A stretch of 59,688 nucleotides of DNA, filler included, from Sphacelaria rigidula (Eukaryota): the NCBI GenBank assembly GCA_964200075.2. It is 9 parts of 9 records of this genome, joined end to end, with 100 filler letters (N's around TTAATTAATTAA, not from the genome) between each part and the next. Parts side by side here need not be neighbours in the genome. Positions count along the whole stretch, not along the records: positions 1 to 6,544 come from CAXNAA020019443.1; positions 6,645 to 13,188 come from CAXNAA020019444.1; 7 more parts are not named here. One strand, given 5' to 3'. The notes under the pieces were generated by a model. The model did no database searches. It was not told where the DNA came from and saw only the letters and a program-made list of their open reading frames with translations. Made by a program: the position numbers and the translations under genes. Positions 1 through 12,022 of the stretch are shown here, in pieces. Position 1 is the first letter of the stretch. Each line of letters starts with the position of its first letter.

Positions 1-692
1 GTTTATACGCTTTGGTTGTGTGGGGGTGTGTGTCTTTTCTTTGGGCTGGTCCTGCTGAGTTGGCTGTGCGGTTGGGGGGGGGGGGTTCCCGGGCCCGTGT
101 TCTATTTGGATGGAGTATACATGGAGTGAAACATTTTTGGTTGGCACACCAAGCCATACCGGAGTGTTCGGTATACATTCCGGCTCACCAAGCCGTACCC
201 AACACTAACCCTAAGCCTAACCCCAACGAAGGCACGCCGAGAACTTTCGGGCGAAGTGTGCATTGCCAGACCTCAAATCGGCGCCCCAGAAGCCGATTTC
301 GACAAACGCGTTCTGCGCACGCTTGAAGCACAGCCTCAATAAAGATCCAGATTTTGGCGTCCACACTAAAATCAAGTCGAATTAAAATTCAACCATAGCA
401 CCCTCCCAAGCGGTAAGCTATGCTGTCGTATGTTAACCGCAACAGCTGCGTGTTTTGACAATATGCGTGTATCACTGTTGGCGGGATCACGACTACTCTA
501 CCCTGCGGTTTGGAATTCGTTTTCCTGAGACGGCAAATGCCGCTAGAGGCGGCTTGACCCTTCGGCGGTGAGAGCTAGTCGTCTGTTGACATATGGTAAC
601 AATTTCACTTGAAAAAAGAGTATATGCATGATTCCGAGTTCCCTGCGAACACGAAGACATACAGCCTACTGACTAGCCCTTGGGTCTCTCAC

Positions 693-928
693 GGGTTGAC
701 ACAGTATGTTGTGTTGTAGGGTTTAATGACATCGTCATTCGGAATCTTCGGTCCCCGTAGCGATTGTGCGTACCGGCGATCAGCCGTTTCAATATTTCCA
801 TTCCACAAGAGCACTTTTAGAGGAAAATGAAGGTCACTTGGACTGCTGCGGTCGGGCGGAATGATCGTCCTCGGCAGCTCGGTGGTCTTGAAGGCGTACA
901 TTACCTCACCCTTCACTTTGACCTTCAT
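693..928 (-). other. Exon-like open segment of unknown product (KVKVKGEVMYAFKTTELPRT...YNTTYCVN)
   Basis: Minus-strand acceptor cctcgcag before 928, donor GTGAG after 693, frame open in between; no recognisable family. Confidence 0.3.
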
Positions 929-1446
929 CTGCGAGGACCACGCCTACGGTCGAGAGAGGATTTCGCCGAAATACAGAGCATAAATACTATTTGTGTCTGA
1001 TGGTTCCTCCGCCCTACTCGCCCGATTGAGGGTTCATGGTCTTACCATTTCGCCGAGGTGAACGTTTTAAAGTCAATGATGGGTGAAAAGGTTCGAGGTC
1101 CGGTTGGGTCGGGTCCGCTGTGTTTGTTTTTGAAACTGTATGCATGAAGGTTCCGTGATTCGAATCGTGTTTCCCCCCCCCCAAGACCCCAGACGGTTCT
1201 TACAACTTGGGAAAAAAAAAAATCAAAACGAGCTCGATGAGAATTCACAAGAGAAAAAATAAACAGCACCCTCATTCCTTCTCCTATGACTTTTGTAGTA
1301 CCGTACATGTCTCTTGTCGTACAGTGATTTTTTGTTGTTGTATGGACATGATCACTCATCGCCTGTTTCACTGTGTGTGTGTACCTGGTGCTTGTTTGCT
1401 TGCTTGTTTTGTTCTGCATCCTATTTTTTGTATATTTTTTGCGCAG

Positions 1447-1545
1447 GTGTTCGGCGTAGGATGGGAAAGCATGCTGACGTATCACAAGACGATGGCCCGG
1501 TTTTTCCTGGCGCTCGTCCTGCTCCACATGGTGTTTTTCTGGGTG
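1447..1545 (+). CDS. Ferric reductase/NOX-family transmembrane domain protein, internal exon
   Basis: T-rich tract + gcag acceptor, GTGAG donor, phase 0; VFGVGWESMLTYHKTMARFFLALVLLHMVFFWV has the two haem-ligand His 14 residues apart (YH...LH) typical of FRO/NOX TM3. Confidence 0.8.
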
Positions 1546-2221
1546 GTGAGATGATACGAATGGTTGCCGAGTGGCATATATTACCCGCTCAGATTAACTC
1601 CGTTTTTCTTCGAATGCGCGATTATTGTACCTCGTGCTTATTCCTCACTTCTCTCCCGGATCTGAACAAATGTTGAAGATTGCCGCGACGTCCATGAAAT
1701 GGACAAGAAAAGGATAACATGTATACGTGCACATATGCATATACTGTGTATATATGAACGTTTCAGAGGCTCCTCTATAGTGCGGTCAAACGCACAAGTC
1801 GCAAGTACCCTCCGCCATACTGTTTCGGATGGTTGATTTATTACACTTCGTATACCGACACAGTGTAGGGTCACGGTTAAGTGCGATGACACCCCACTGG
1901 CAACTTGACCGCATCATAACAAAAAACTCACGTTTTGATTCCGCATCGCAAATGGCCAGCCATACGCAATCAAATGAAACTGAACATGAGTGAAGGCAGG
2001 TAAAAAAGACGAAACGCATCCAGAAAATACAGCCCTGACGTGTGGTAATACCTGTTTTGTGCCGGATGAACCAACACGGTATTTGCGAATTTTGCTGTTC
2101 ATGAACGATTGTATCGTCGGCTGGTTGGGGGGATGTGGTTGGGTGCGGGGCGTACCCATTTGTTGCTTGCCTCAGCTATTTGATCACTGACAACGCATCC
2201 CTTTCGAGAAGGAGTCGGTTC

Positions 2222-2330
2222 GGGGGGGGGGTGTACTCATGATCTTGCATGCCGTAGTCATATGGCCATTGACCTCGCATCCCTACAACCGGGTGTCCAC
2301 CGGACCGCGCTCAGTTGGTTGCCGGGGGCA
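2222..2330 (-). mobile_element. Repeat family D (C-run-ended element), short terminal fragment
   Basis: G-run then gtactcatgatcttgcatgccgtagtcata...gacctcgcatccctacaa, shared with copies at 34252, 44256, 44990, 46504, 47095, 53350. Confidence 0.8.
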
Positions 2331-3262
2331 GAGAGGGTTTGAGCCACTTCTCGCACGGAGCGACTTTGAAGGGTAGCTGCAAGCAGCAAAATTCTTTTTG
2401 AAAGCTCCCGGGTACCATACCAACATATCACACGCCTCCACACCGCGCCCAGCAACAGTTTTCGAATCAACTACATGCATATAAGCGCACAACGTGTGTG
2501 TGAGAGAGATTATACAGGACACCCATGTACTCCCTTGTTTCGTGCAATTCGAAGCCCCCCCCCCCCCGCCGCCCCCGCCCTACCCTCTCCTCCCCAGATC
2601 AGCTGTAGCACCTGTGTACATGTATCAACCCTTTTACTTCCTCGGAATAGGTTCATGGTCTGGGAAGATGAATGAAGCCATGTCTCCCCGATACGGTACA
2701 CACCTTGCGTTTCGGTGTCGCCGGTTAGATGATGACCAACACTTCTGCACCGCTGCCCAAGCTCGCCCGTGTTCGACGACGGAAATCAAATGTATCCACT
2801 GCCGGAACTCTAACGCGCGTTATTCCGCCCTTGACCTGTGTCAGTGGTACCTGTCAAGTCACGGGGTCGCTATTATGCAAACGAATGTACTCCTCCCTAC
2901 AGTAGAAAGAACGGAAGAAAAAAAAAGTCAGTAAGAATGACTGGTATGCATGTACATGTGCTGGTACGAGCGGCTGTTCCGATGAGGATAAGGATAATGG
3001 TGATCGATTTTGACAGAGGAAGAATGAAGGATCTATCTGTGTGCATCCGTCGTTTTCTTGAGGGGAAAATAACAACAACAACAACAACAATGGATCATGA
3101 CAACAAACTATCGAATGTTTTCTCATCTTCTTTGTTTTTCGTTTCTTGCTTTTTTTTTTTATTTCTCGGTCATGTTTCCGTCTCATCGTGTCGACGCTGC
3201 GTCTCTGTGTGTGCGCGTGCTTGCTTTGCTATATCCGGCTGGGGGGGGGGGCGGCTGCGAAG

Positions 3263-3406
3263 GTGTATGCTCAAAACGGTGACTTCTGGCACGACTGGCC
3301 GATCGCCATTCCCATGGACTACAACTCCGACAACTTCACCGTGCCCCTCACGACGCTATCGACGTGGGTCATGTTCGTTCTCATGTTCGGCTGCTCTCTG
3401 CGTTGG
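3263..3406 (+). CDS. Ferric reductase-type protein, next exon
   Basis: AG acceptor 3261-62, GTGAG donor 3407, phase 0 joins previous exon; VYAQNGDFWHDWP...VMFVLMFGCSLRW ends where the FRO 'S..WVRR..FE.FY' motif begins. Confidence 0.7.
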
Positions 3407-3679
3407 GTGAGGCATTCCGGGGGGAGGGGTCACGATTCTCCGCGTGTAACTTGTTCCCCCTTTGCAATTCTAGACGTCATTTTTACAGTGGTTAGTCAAC
3501 CACCTCGGACGACGGTCCTTTTTTGGGAACAGCTATCACCGGCTGATATTCTTCGACGTTGGTTTAATTCCGGCACAATGAATCGCCGAGCAGTAGTGTC
3601 GGCTATATAGTGATAATCTTCACGTCTGATTCATTTAGTCTTGTCGGTTGGTCATTCTCCAACGCATTTCAAGCATAGG

Positions 3680-3900
3680 TCGATTGATTTTCATTGATTT
3701 GATTGATTGTCGGGACTTGAGATGATCAACCCTGGCTTCAGTCGTGCGTCACGCGATGGGCGTTACCGAGACAAGAGCACAACGGGAACACTCGCCGATA
3801 AAAAGTGAAGGGAGCAAAAAGGTGAAACAGACACACGAGAGTAGACCTCGTGATGAAAATGAATAGAAATAAGGGGGAAAAAAAAGAGATGAGAACGAAA
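3680..3900 (-). mobile_element. Repeat family C: retroposon 3' end with (CAAT)n tail
   Basis: gattgattgtcg...aacactcgccga also at 38965, 47870, 50505. Confidence 0.65.
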
Positions 3901-3980
3901 CAAACACACAAACAAATCGATGTGCAGGGCGCAATGGCACCAACTCCAAGGTGTTTCTACCGTGTCTGCCGTGTGTGTGT

Positions 3981-4118
3981 CACACCCTGGACAAAAGATT
4001 TCATTGCCAAAAAATATATTGCGTACAGTGCGGGATCTATTGTCTATTGCAATAGACAATAGATCCCGCTCTGTACGCAATATATTTTTTGGCAATGTAA
4101 TCTATTGTCCAGGGTGTG
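3981..4118. repeat. 138-bp loopless palindrome (MITE-like or hairpin RNA)
   Basis: cacaccctggac...ttg|caa...gtccagggtgtg; 69-bp arms with 3 mismatched pairs. Confidence 0.9.
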
Positions 4119-4202
4119 TCATTCTACACTGCACTTTCTTCCACGGTTCGGACGACTAAGAGTTCAAACGGGGTGACTGAGTCCCCGTGAATGCTGAATG
4201 TG

Positions 4203-4728
4203 AATATGTACCAAAGAGTAATCCTATAGGAATCACGGATAGTAAATTGTGTATGCTCAAGGTCATGCCGCACGAATCACAAACGGGGAATGTGTACACT
4301 CTGAGTAATACCAGACGAATCGAGAGTGCAAAATATGTACGCATCACAACTCCTGCATGAATCATGGGTGGGAAATATGTACACTAGGTTCTCTGGTACG
4401 AATAGAAGGGTGGGGAACATGTACGTATGATCCATGCTGCATGAACGGAGACTGAGGAAGAGATATGTACGCCTGATCCATCTCGCATGGATGGAAGGCG
4501 GACAACATGTTCACGTATGATTCATGCTGCATGGACGGAAATTGGGAAACATGTACCGGTGATTCACCTCGCATGAGGGAGAGTTGCAGAACGTGTGCTC
4601 ATGACTCATACTGCATGGATCAAAGGGGAGATACAATGTACGCTTGATTCACCTCGTACGAACGGAAGGTAAGAAACAGGTATCTATGATTCATGTTAAC
4701 GAACGCAAGGCGGAAAACATGTACATGA
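4203..4728. repeat. Degenerate tandem array, 12 units of 41-46 bp (mostly 42-43)
   Basis: AAYATGTAC-like anchor recurs at 4207, 4250, 4293, 4336, 4378, 4420, 4466, 4508, 4552, 4594, 4637, 4679, 4720. Confidence 0.8.
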
Positions 4729-5644
4729 ATAATGTGATTGATGCTGACAGAATCAAAAGGAAATAAGTAGCCGGAAGAATCACTCTAGGCGCGCAGATGC
4801 GTGGTGTCCCATGCTGTATCGTACTGTCCGCGGACTGCAGAGTACGCTGTCGGAGTTTCCCGGAAAACTCCCGCGAGCATGCAAGGACGACTCGTGCTGG
4901 TGCTGTGTTCTTCGCAAGTGCTGGTGGTATTGTATACAGTATGTTCAGGCCAGCTGTACCATAGAACACAACATCAAAGGCTGTCGATAGCATAACTCGG
5001 GGGGGGAGGGAAACTGGCGAAAACAACCACTCTGGGCACGCAGACACGTCTGTTGTACCATCATAGTTTATGTGTTCCGTGTGAGTAAGAGACCTGAAAT
5101 TGGGTTTGTTGCAGACTTTCATGGTTAGGACAAATCATCACGACTAAAAATCACCGAATTCACGATTTCTTCGGCCTGATTGCTTGCCCAAAAGGGAGAA
5201 AAAAGTTGGTCGCTAGTCAAAAGGATATCCACGCAACTTATGCGCCATTCCACGTGTCTGGGCTGCGTGTACCTGGGTTGCAACGCTGAAATAAAGTCTA
5301 GAAATTGATTCGTCACGAGTCGACTCATCATACTAAAATCAAGTTCAGACGAATCGTTATTTGTCCGACCCTTGCAAAATTGTACCTTAAGCTTTTCTCT
5401 TGATAAGACTGCCCTAGGATTGGGGTTATTATTACTATTCGCACGTTATGTTTTCGATCGGAAACGTGCGGCGAATAAGAAAAATATGATCTGATGATGA
5501 GTCCACGGCATTTCTGTTCCTAGCTGGCACAACCGTTTTTTGTGACCAGCGGCGTGCGGACATGAGGGAAGAGATGCCTTCGTTAGGCTGTGTATTAGTG
5601 CCCCTCTTGTCGGGGGGTTTTCCCGCTTTTTCAAAGTCTGTTTT

Positions 5645-6010
5645 GTTGTGTGTTGACGTCCCATCACATCATCTATTCTGGACGCAGGTCTACACCTTTC
5701 GCTATAATATGTGGGCGATTCAGCAGGGGTTACACAGGAGGAAGGGCAACACATGAGCTTTTTTCTCTTTATGTGTGTTTAGTAGTCCACCGCATTTTTT
5801 CTGTGGTCCTTGCCTTTTCAATATTTTATCGCGATTGGGGTGCAGCAATCCCTTCCCCTCGTCGACCGTCAACTCGAATTTTGTGTACCCGCGACAGAGT
5901 TGCTCTCCACTGTTGAGCGTTGTGTGAGAAAAAATCCCAGATCGCCCGGAGATTCGAACCCACGACCCAACCGTCATAAGATTTCGAGGTTACCAACTGA
6001 GCCACCGGGG
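5645..6010 (-). mobile_element. SINE family A (tRNA-derived head, (AC)n-type tail)
   Basis: Minus-strand head ccccggTGGCTCAGTTGG...GGTTCGAATCTccgggc (Pol III A and B boxes); body shared with 32747-33095 and 41985-42290. Confidence 0.85.
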
Positions 6011-6544
6011 TGAACGGCAGTTCCTTTTTGAAAAACGACCGCTGATTGGCCACTGTGATATCACCCCCAGCAAACGTGAAGAAAAATACTTTCTGAAATC
6101 CCCTTCTGAAAAGGGGATTTTCGGACACCTCGAAGGGGAACATACATAACACCATATTCGTGAGATTCAGAACGTAGTTTCAGATTCAGAGTGGATGCTC
6201 TAGCGTTCCTAACAGGCAACTTCCTCTTTTTGTTTTGCTTGAGCACATGTCCTGTGCATGCAGCTACCGTACAGTACCTCATTCGAGGAGTTCGGTGGTC
6301 TGGTTGGTGAGATACCACACAAAGCATTTTTACGCCTGGGGGGGGCATTTCGGAACTGAAATTGTTTCAGACACTAATCGTTTCTTCCTGAAAGAGGGGA
6401 TCTTTTGTTGCAATGGACTGACCACGTCGTTTCGATCAAGTGATGTGTCAAATTGATCATGTAGGTGACAGCTTCCATTGAAGCCACCGCTTTACCAGCT
6501 GGGCGGATTACTCCTCGAAATGTGGCGATATCAAAATCGACGGG

Positions 6545-6644
6545 NNNNNNNNNNNNNNNNNNNNNNNNNNNNNNNNNNNNNNNNNNNNTTAATTAATTAA
6601 NNNNNNNNNNNNNNNNNNNNNNNNNNNNNNNNNNNNNNNNNNNN
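6545..6644. other. Artificial contig linker
   Basis: N44-TTAATTAATTAA-N44, stops in all six frames. Confidence 0.98.
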
Positions 6645-6775
6645 AGATTGTTCGGCCCGAAGCCTACTGATTATCCAGCACACGGATGACAGCTTACAAT
6701 AAGTTGCTTTGTTGTCTGGTATTGCCACTTCCAGAGACAGCCACAGCTTATACACTGCCTCATGGGTGTCTTACC
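6645..6775 (-). mobile_element. Repeat family D, internal fragment cut by contig start
   Basis: ttcggcccgaag...gccacttccagagacagccac...ctgcctcatgggtgtc matches 45175-45310; followed by a G-run. Confidence 0.75.
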
Positions 6776-7299
6776 TGAAGAGGGGGGGGGAGGGGGGGGG
6801 AGTGGGACTCGCGGCTTTGCCGCTCGTCGCCGATGTTTTCCCAGAAGTCTGAGAAAAACATCGATGTACTAGCCGCTGGCGCGGCCAGTTTAACCCTCTT
6901 GGGACTGGGCCTACAGATTGATCAATGAGGCTGGTTTGGAATGACGTATCTGGCGTATGCACGAAAAACTGGCTTCATGTTGCTCAAAATCCACGTATGT
7001 AACCACGAGGTTATTAGGAAGACCGAACGTTTTAGCCAATCTATTGTCAGGTGCGAATACAAACTGTAATTCGGGTGTTGTGCGCATCAGGTAATGCACA
7101 GATGCACCAAGCAGTATGAGTGGTGGTGGAGAGCTTCTATCAGGACGTGGCGACCGCCGCCCGCCACTTGTGGCTTTGGATGATATTATTGTCCCCATCA
7201 CCTTGCCACACAGCCCTTTGTGGTCCGGGTGGGCCGCGATTTCCCTCTGTGTTGCAAGCGGCAAATTATCTTCGAAGGGCATGGGCGTTGCGCCGCACA

Positions 7300-7961
7300 T
7301 GCAGTACAATACGCCTCTCCGACTGCAGCAGCAGCTGCCGCTGCATACTCCGTTACACGTTCTGGGCAGTTCTCCGTGACGGAGATCAGCCACCTATGCA
7401 CAGCTTGTTTGTCCCCGTCGATTACATACGACCTCACTGCATGCCGTACCGCCTCAACAGAGAGATACGCAAAACTCATGCCTCTAGCTCCGTCTCTCGT
7501 CCCACAGCGTTGCTAGGATCAGTCGTGTGAACATGACCACATATATTGCAGGGTACATTTATTCCCGAATTCCCACCGAGCACCCTGTGTTAGTGTAATA
7601 ACTACGTTTTACTAAAGGATGGTGACCCCCAAAAAATTAGGAGAGTGAAGGTCGAACCTGTATAATAAATGCAAGTAAATGATGAAAAAAATCGGGAAAG
7701 CGAGCCCCGACCATTGTGGCTTTCTTTTGCTTCGAAGTTTTTTGGGGGGGACCAGGGACAGGGTACACACACCAACTTGACAGCGACATCACTCCCGGTG
7801 ACAGCCCCCCCCCACTGGTCGTTCGGACGTGGTCGATTAATTTCGCCTCGCCGTGATTGGTGATTGGGCAGGTCGCTCCCAGACTTGTTTATTACTCCGG
7901 AGTATTATTTTACTAATACGTGGTGAACCCCTTGTTACTGAGCTTCAGTACCAAAAGGGTT
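7300..7961 (-). mobile_element. Non-autonomous DNA-transposon-like repeat starting (T)TAA-CCCTT (piggyBac-like end)
   Basis: Reverse complement aligns along its length to 32106-32740 on another contig. Confidence 0.7.
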
Positions 7962-9920
7962 ACTGTACACTCAACTGGCCAGAGCTGCCAGTTTACAGCC
8001 CTATTTATTCGTTTTACGGAAAACGAACCAGTCAACACACCATCAAGTTCTCTGCAACGTATAGGCAGCACTGCGTGCCCACTAGCAGTACTAGAGACCA
8101 GCACAACGACAACATCGGAGCTCGGGAAATCCCAGCGGAGACCAAACCGTGTTCTCAATATCTAAACACACCACAGTATAGTGACAGCAGCTACAGCACA
8201 GGAGAGGCGAGAGTGTCTTTGTGCTGCAGTACAGTAAAGCAGGACATGTCTCGTGTTTCAGCCCTTCCCCTGATTTTGCACAGGTCCTGAACGTTGGCCC
8301 GGTGTCGATTTAAACGCTCTTCTTCTAATTAATATTGAGTTGCCCCTCTCTATGCGTGGGGGGGGTAGACCTTTTGTTGCGGGCTTCGCCCGCTAATTTT
8401 ATTTAAGTAAATTCTGTCCCGGTGCATCTCAAGTTCACCCAAACTCGATTCGTGCTCTGCTGCCGAGTTGTCCGTATGTCCCCCTCAAATTTCAAGCGAT
8501 CTTTCCGTATGTGATTGGCTTTTGTTTTGTGTGCGATGTTGCTATACCACTATTTACTCCCAACAAGACCCCCTCAGCTCGCGTGCGACAGTGTTCGATG
8601 TGGGCAAAGTTGCCGTTTTTTCACATTTTTTCGTGAGTCTATAGATGGTCCACCCGAACGGTCTGGTGACAACATGATTAATAGGGGTTGGGAAATGACA
8701 GAAAACAAAAGGAGGTAGTCTTCATGCCCCCAAGGGTGCTTTCGTGGGTACTCTAGGGGTCAAATTATGTACGAGTACTGTTAATGGGGGTGAATGAGGG
8801 CCGTTGCGGGGCATTATATTTCGGGAAAAGTGGATATCGACAACTGTCTACAATCAGTATCAAGTACACGCGTCAACTTGAAATAACGGCCACGCTCATA
8901 CAAGATATACTATTACTATAATACATTCTACAACAATCCTGTGACTGACGTTGCTGTACATCTGTACACAGGGTCGTAACAGCAGGAGGATAGCGGCTGC
9001 TGCTCGTGCTGTTGTGCCCCTCTTGTTGCAGTATGTTGTTGCGCCAATGTTTCAACGCGGGTGTCTCGGCAACGAAGCAGAGGACTCCACTGCGGTTTGT
9101 TGCGCTTCCCGCACACCCAAACTGGTAACGTGTATTATCTATTTTCTTGACGCGTCCCACAAACGCTGCACGCTACCAAAATGTACCAAAATGTACAAAC
9201 CAGGGCTATTTGGGGGTCTTTCTTGGTCCGCTGTGGTGATCTGGTCGAAGTAGTAATATACTTATGGGCTTTTGTGTGTGCGTGGGGCTGTAAAGTGCTG
9301 CTGGCCGGTTTGCGTCCTGTGCCGATAATCCCGCGATGACAGTGCCCCACTTAGCAGGGGACGAAGCGTGTGTCCTACTCCAAACGGCTGAACAGCTCTG
9401 GACAGCTGATGGCGTGTTCGCTATTCCTCCGCGGTTTCCTATGTTTAGCCTGGCCGCGCATTTTTGGCGCATTGTTGGTGGTTGAGGCCCTCATTCATCC
9501 CCATAACTATAGCGGCAGCAGAGTACAGCGCATTCTGGGCACGTTGCCTCACGATGGGCGCTGTACAGCATGTCTTGCATGAGCAACTCACTGTCTTGCC
9601 TTTCCCGGCGCTTTTTATTGCTGTGCGTGGAGGGCGGGTCGCGCTTTTTGTTGGTATACGTGAGTATATATGTGTCTATACGTTACAGCGCAGCTTCTAT
9701 TTCGCCCCGTGCGGTGTCGTGTCATAGTGCTCGGGCAGAAGATTACAGGTTGGGAAATGACCCTCCCTGCGTCAACGCTGTTTTCCTCTTTTGGGTCATA
9801 CATAGTGGTGCCGTTGCAGCTGCCTACATACGCCCATGGCGCTGTCATCTGCCGTTTTGGCCCGTAATGCACGGGTAGCGATGCTTGTCGGGACAGGAAC
9901 AGCATCACAGCACTTACACT

Positions 9921-10590
9921 CACTTACACCTTAACCTATGGCTGACTGGAAACCTCTCAACTTTACACCCCGGGGATCAATGATTCCATCCCCTTCTCAA
10001 GCACGCTCACGAGGGGTGTTATCTAACGTTGTGGCCCGTAGCATTCGAAGGACGATGCCGCTGAGGACGGGAGAGGTATCACCAAGACCGCCATGCCCTG
10101 CTCTGTTGGTTCATGATCACCCCCGCGCCGCTCCCACCCCTTGAATGAAATTATGTCACCCCCTTCCCAAATACTCTCAATGGGCTGTTATCTGCCGTTT
10201 TTGCCCTTGACGTACGGATGACGATATCTGTCGGAACCGAAACGGAATCACAAGAACGCTTACACCTTGACCTATTAGCGACTGGAAACCCCCCAAATGC
10301 ATACCCCGGGGATGAAATGTTTTCATCTCTTTTTCAGACACAATTGGGAAGGGTGGTATCTAACGTTTTGGCCCGCAGCATTCCGCGGATGGTGCCCCTG
10401 AGGACAGGAAATATATAATGGAATCGCCACGTCGTATTATATTGGTTTATGATCACCGCCCGCCGTCCCCTCTGTCGGAATAAGATCATCTCATCCTCTC
10501 CCCAAATACGCAGGGGTTGTTGTCTGCTGGTTTTTGCCCGTAACTTACGAAGGGCTATGCCCCCCGGGGACGGGAGAGGTATCGCTAAAC
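9921..10590. repeat. Diverged satellite: two ~336-bp units, each of two related ~168-bp subunits
   Basis: cttacacctt.acctat..gactggaaacc at ~9923 and ~10259; ttatct...tt.t.gccc motif in all four subunits. Confidence 0.7.
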
Positions 10591-10638
10591 TTTTTACAGT
10601 GTAGCTATACTGTACGACTGATGAAATTTCGGTCAGTT

Positions 10639-10639
10639 A

Positions 10640-10693
<54 letters not shown>

Positions 10694-10705
10694 TATTATT
10701 ATTAC

Positions 10706-10747
<42 letters not shown>

Positions 10748-11290
10748 CAATATTATTATTAGCGAAAATTATTATTATTGTTGTTATTATTATTTCTATT
10801 ATTATTTCTGCACATTAGTCCGATCTCGCGAGCCCGTGGTCACAGACGTAGGCTCGCCTTTCCAATACCGTCCCTGCTATTTCTTACAAGACAAACTACA
10901 AAAAATAAAAATGTGAAGAGAGACGCCACAAAAACCGGTGAGAAGTAGCTCCCCCGAGTTCAACAGGGAGAGAAAAGAAAAAAAGGGAAACAAACAAACA
11001 CACAAACAATAAACGCCAGCTCTACCAAAAATGTACACCGAAAGAAAGGAAGAGAGAAGACAAAAAAGGACAAAACAGGAAAAGACAGGTAACACAAGGA
11101 GATTAGCATGGCCACCATGCTAGGGTTCAACTCATGAATCAAAAACAACCCCAGGCACCCTCATAGACGACTACCACAGCTGTTCGGAGAAAGGCGGTAC
11201 ATGTACCAGCCAGGTAAATGGTTGCATATTTCCCCCCATTATCCCGCATGTTGGTCGACGATGTCCAAGACCCGTCGAGCTCAACTACTG
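10639..11290 (-). mobile_element. Repeat family E: LINE-like 3' end with long (TAA)n tail
   Basis: (TTA)n 10639-10806 then gcacattagtccgatctcgcga.cccgtggtcaca, also at 31520-31598 and inverted at 44478-44597; far boundary approximate. Confidence 0.7.
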
Positions 11291-11787
11291 AAACCTTCAT
11301 CTAGAGTTTGCATGGACTGGTGTTACCTGATGTTCACCGACGTTGTGTCTAACCCCACTAGTTTGATTTCATAGCATCGATTTCGGGGCTGGGAATTTTA
11401 ATCAACTAGCTGCTACATGTCGAATGTGACATGCCACCCGCACAAAATGGCCATTATCCGCTCGTTTCCAAGAGTACCGCCTCGCATTCGGAGTCTCAGC
11501 TGAATTTTGATCGAATGCATTTTTGTTCCTCCAGTCTGAGTAAGGATTTCCGTTGCACAGCACTAGCCTGTCCGATCGTGGGTCTGCTTTATGGGAAAAC
11601 TTGTGAGTGCGGTAATCGCGCCAGCAGTACACAGGGTTATACCGGTAAACGAAGATATTAGCACGCACAGCAAAAGGATGTGTGAACAGAGAAACGTGCA
11701 CCCACCTTCGTCAAGCATGGCAAATGACTGCTGGTCATCCATCGCCTACGAGCTGGTTCACACTCGTCACCCAACAAACATTCATCG

Positions 11788-12022
11788 GCAAAGCTTCACG
11801 CCATTTTGAAGGGGTTAAACCCTGAAATTTTGCACAGTTATGCTATGGGTCATGACGCAACTTGAGTTCCTTCGGGGAAACTTCGATCCAGTCAGACTTC
11901 CGTAAAACGGTAAAAAAAAAGTAAATAGAAAAACCTCATTCATCCAAAGTTGCGAATTTACCCATACAGTACATTTGCGTAAAATTTCAGGATCTAACTG
12001 CTAAAAACGGCGTAAAGCTTTT
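11788..12022. repeat. Imperfect inverted repeat (MITE/foldback remnant)
   Basis: aaagcttcacgccatttt...cctgaaatttt versus aaaatttcagg...aaaacggcgtaaagcttt. Confidence 0.55.

Noticed and set aside
4203..4728. CRISPR-like repeat/spacer appearance
   Set aside because: No invariant repeat, the spacers are homologous to each other, no cas genes, eukaryotic context
5943..6010. tRNA genes here and at 32747, 38545, 50036, 57455
   Set aside because: A and B boxes are present but D and anticodon arms do not fold, and each continues into a shared repeat body, so these are SINE heads
6589..6600. TTAATTAATTAA recurring every ~6.64 kb
   Set aside because: Centred in N-runs; an artificial six-frame stop linker
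10534..10818. Poly-leucine ORF
   Set aside because: Translation of a (TTA)n retroposon tail
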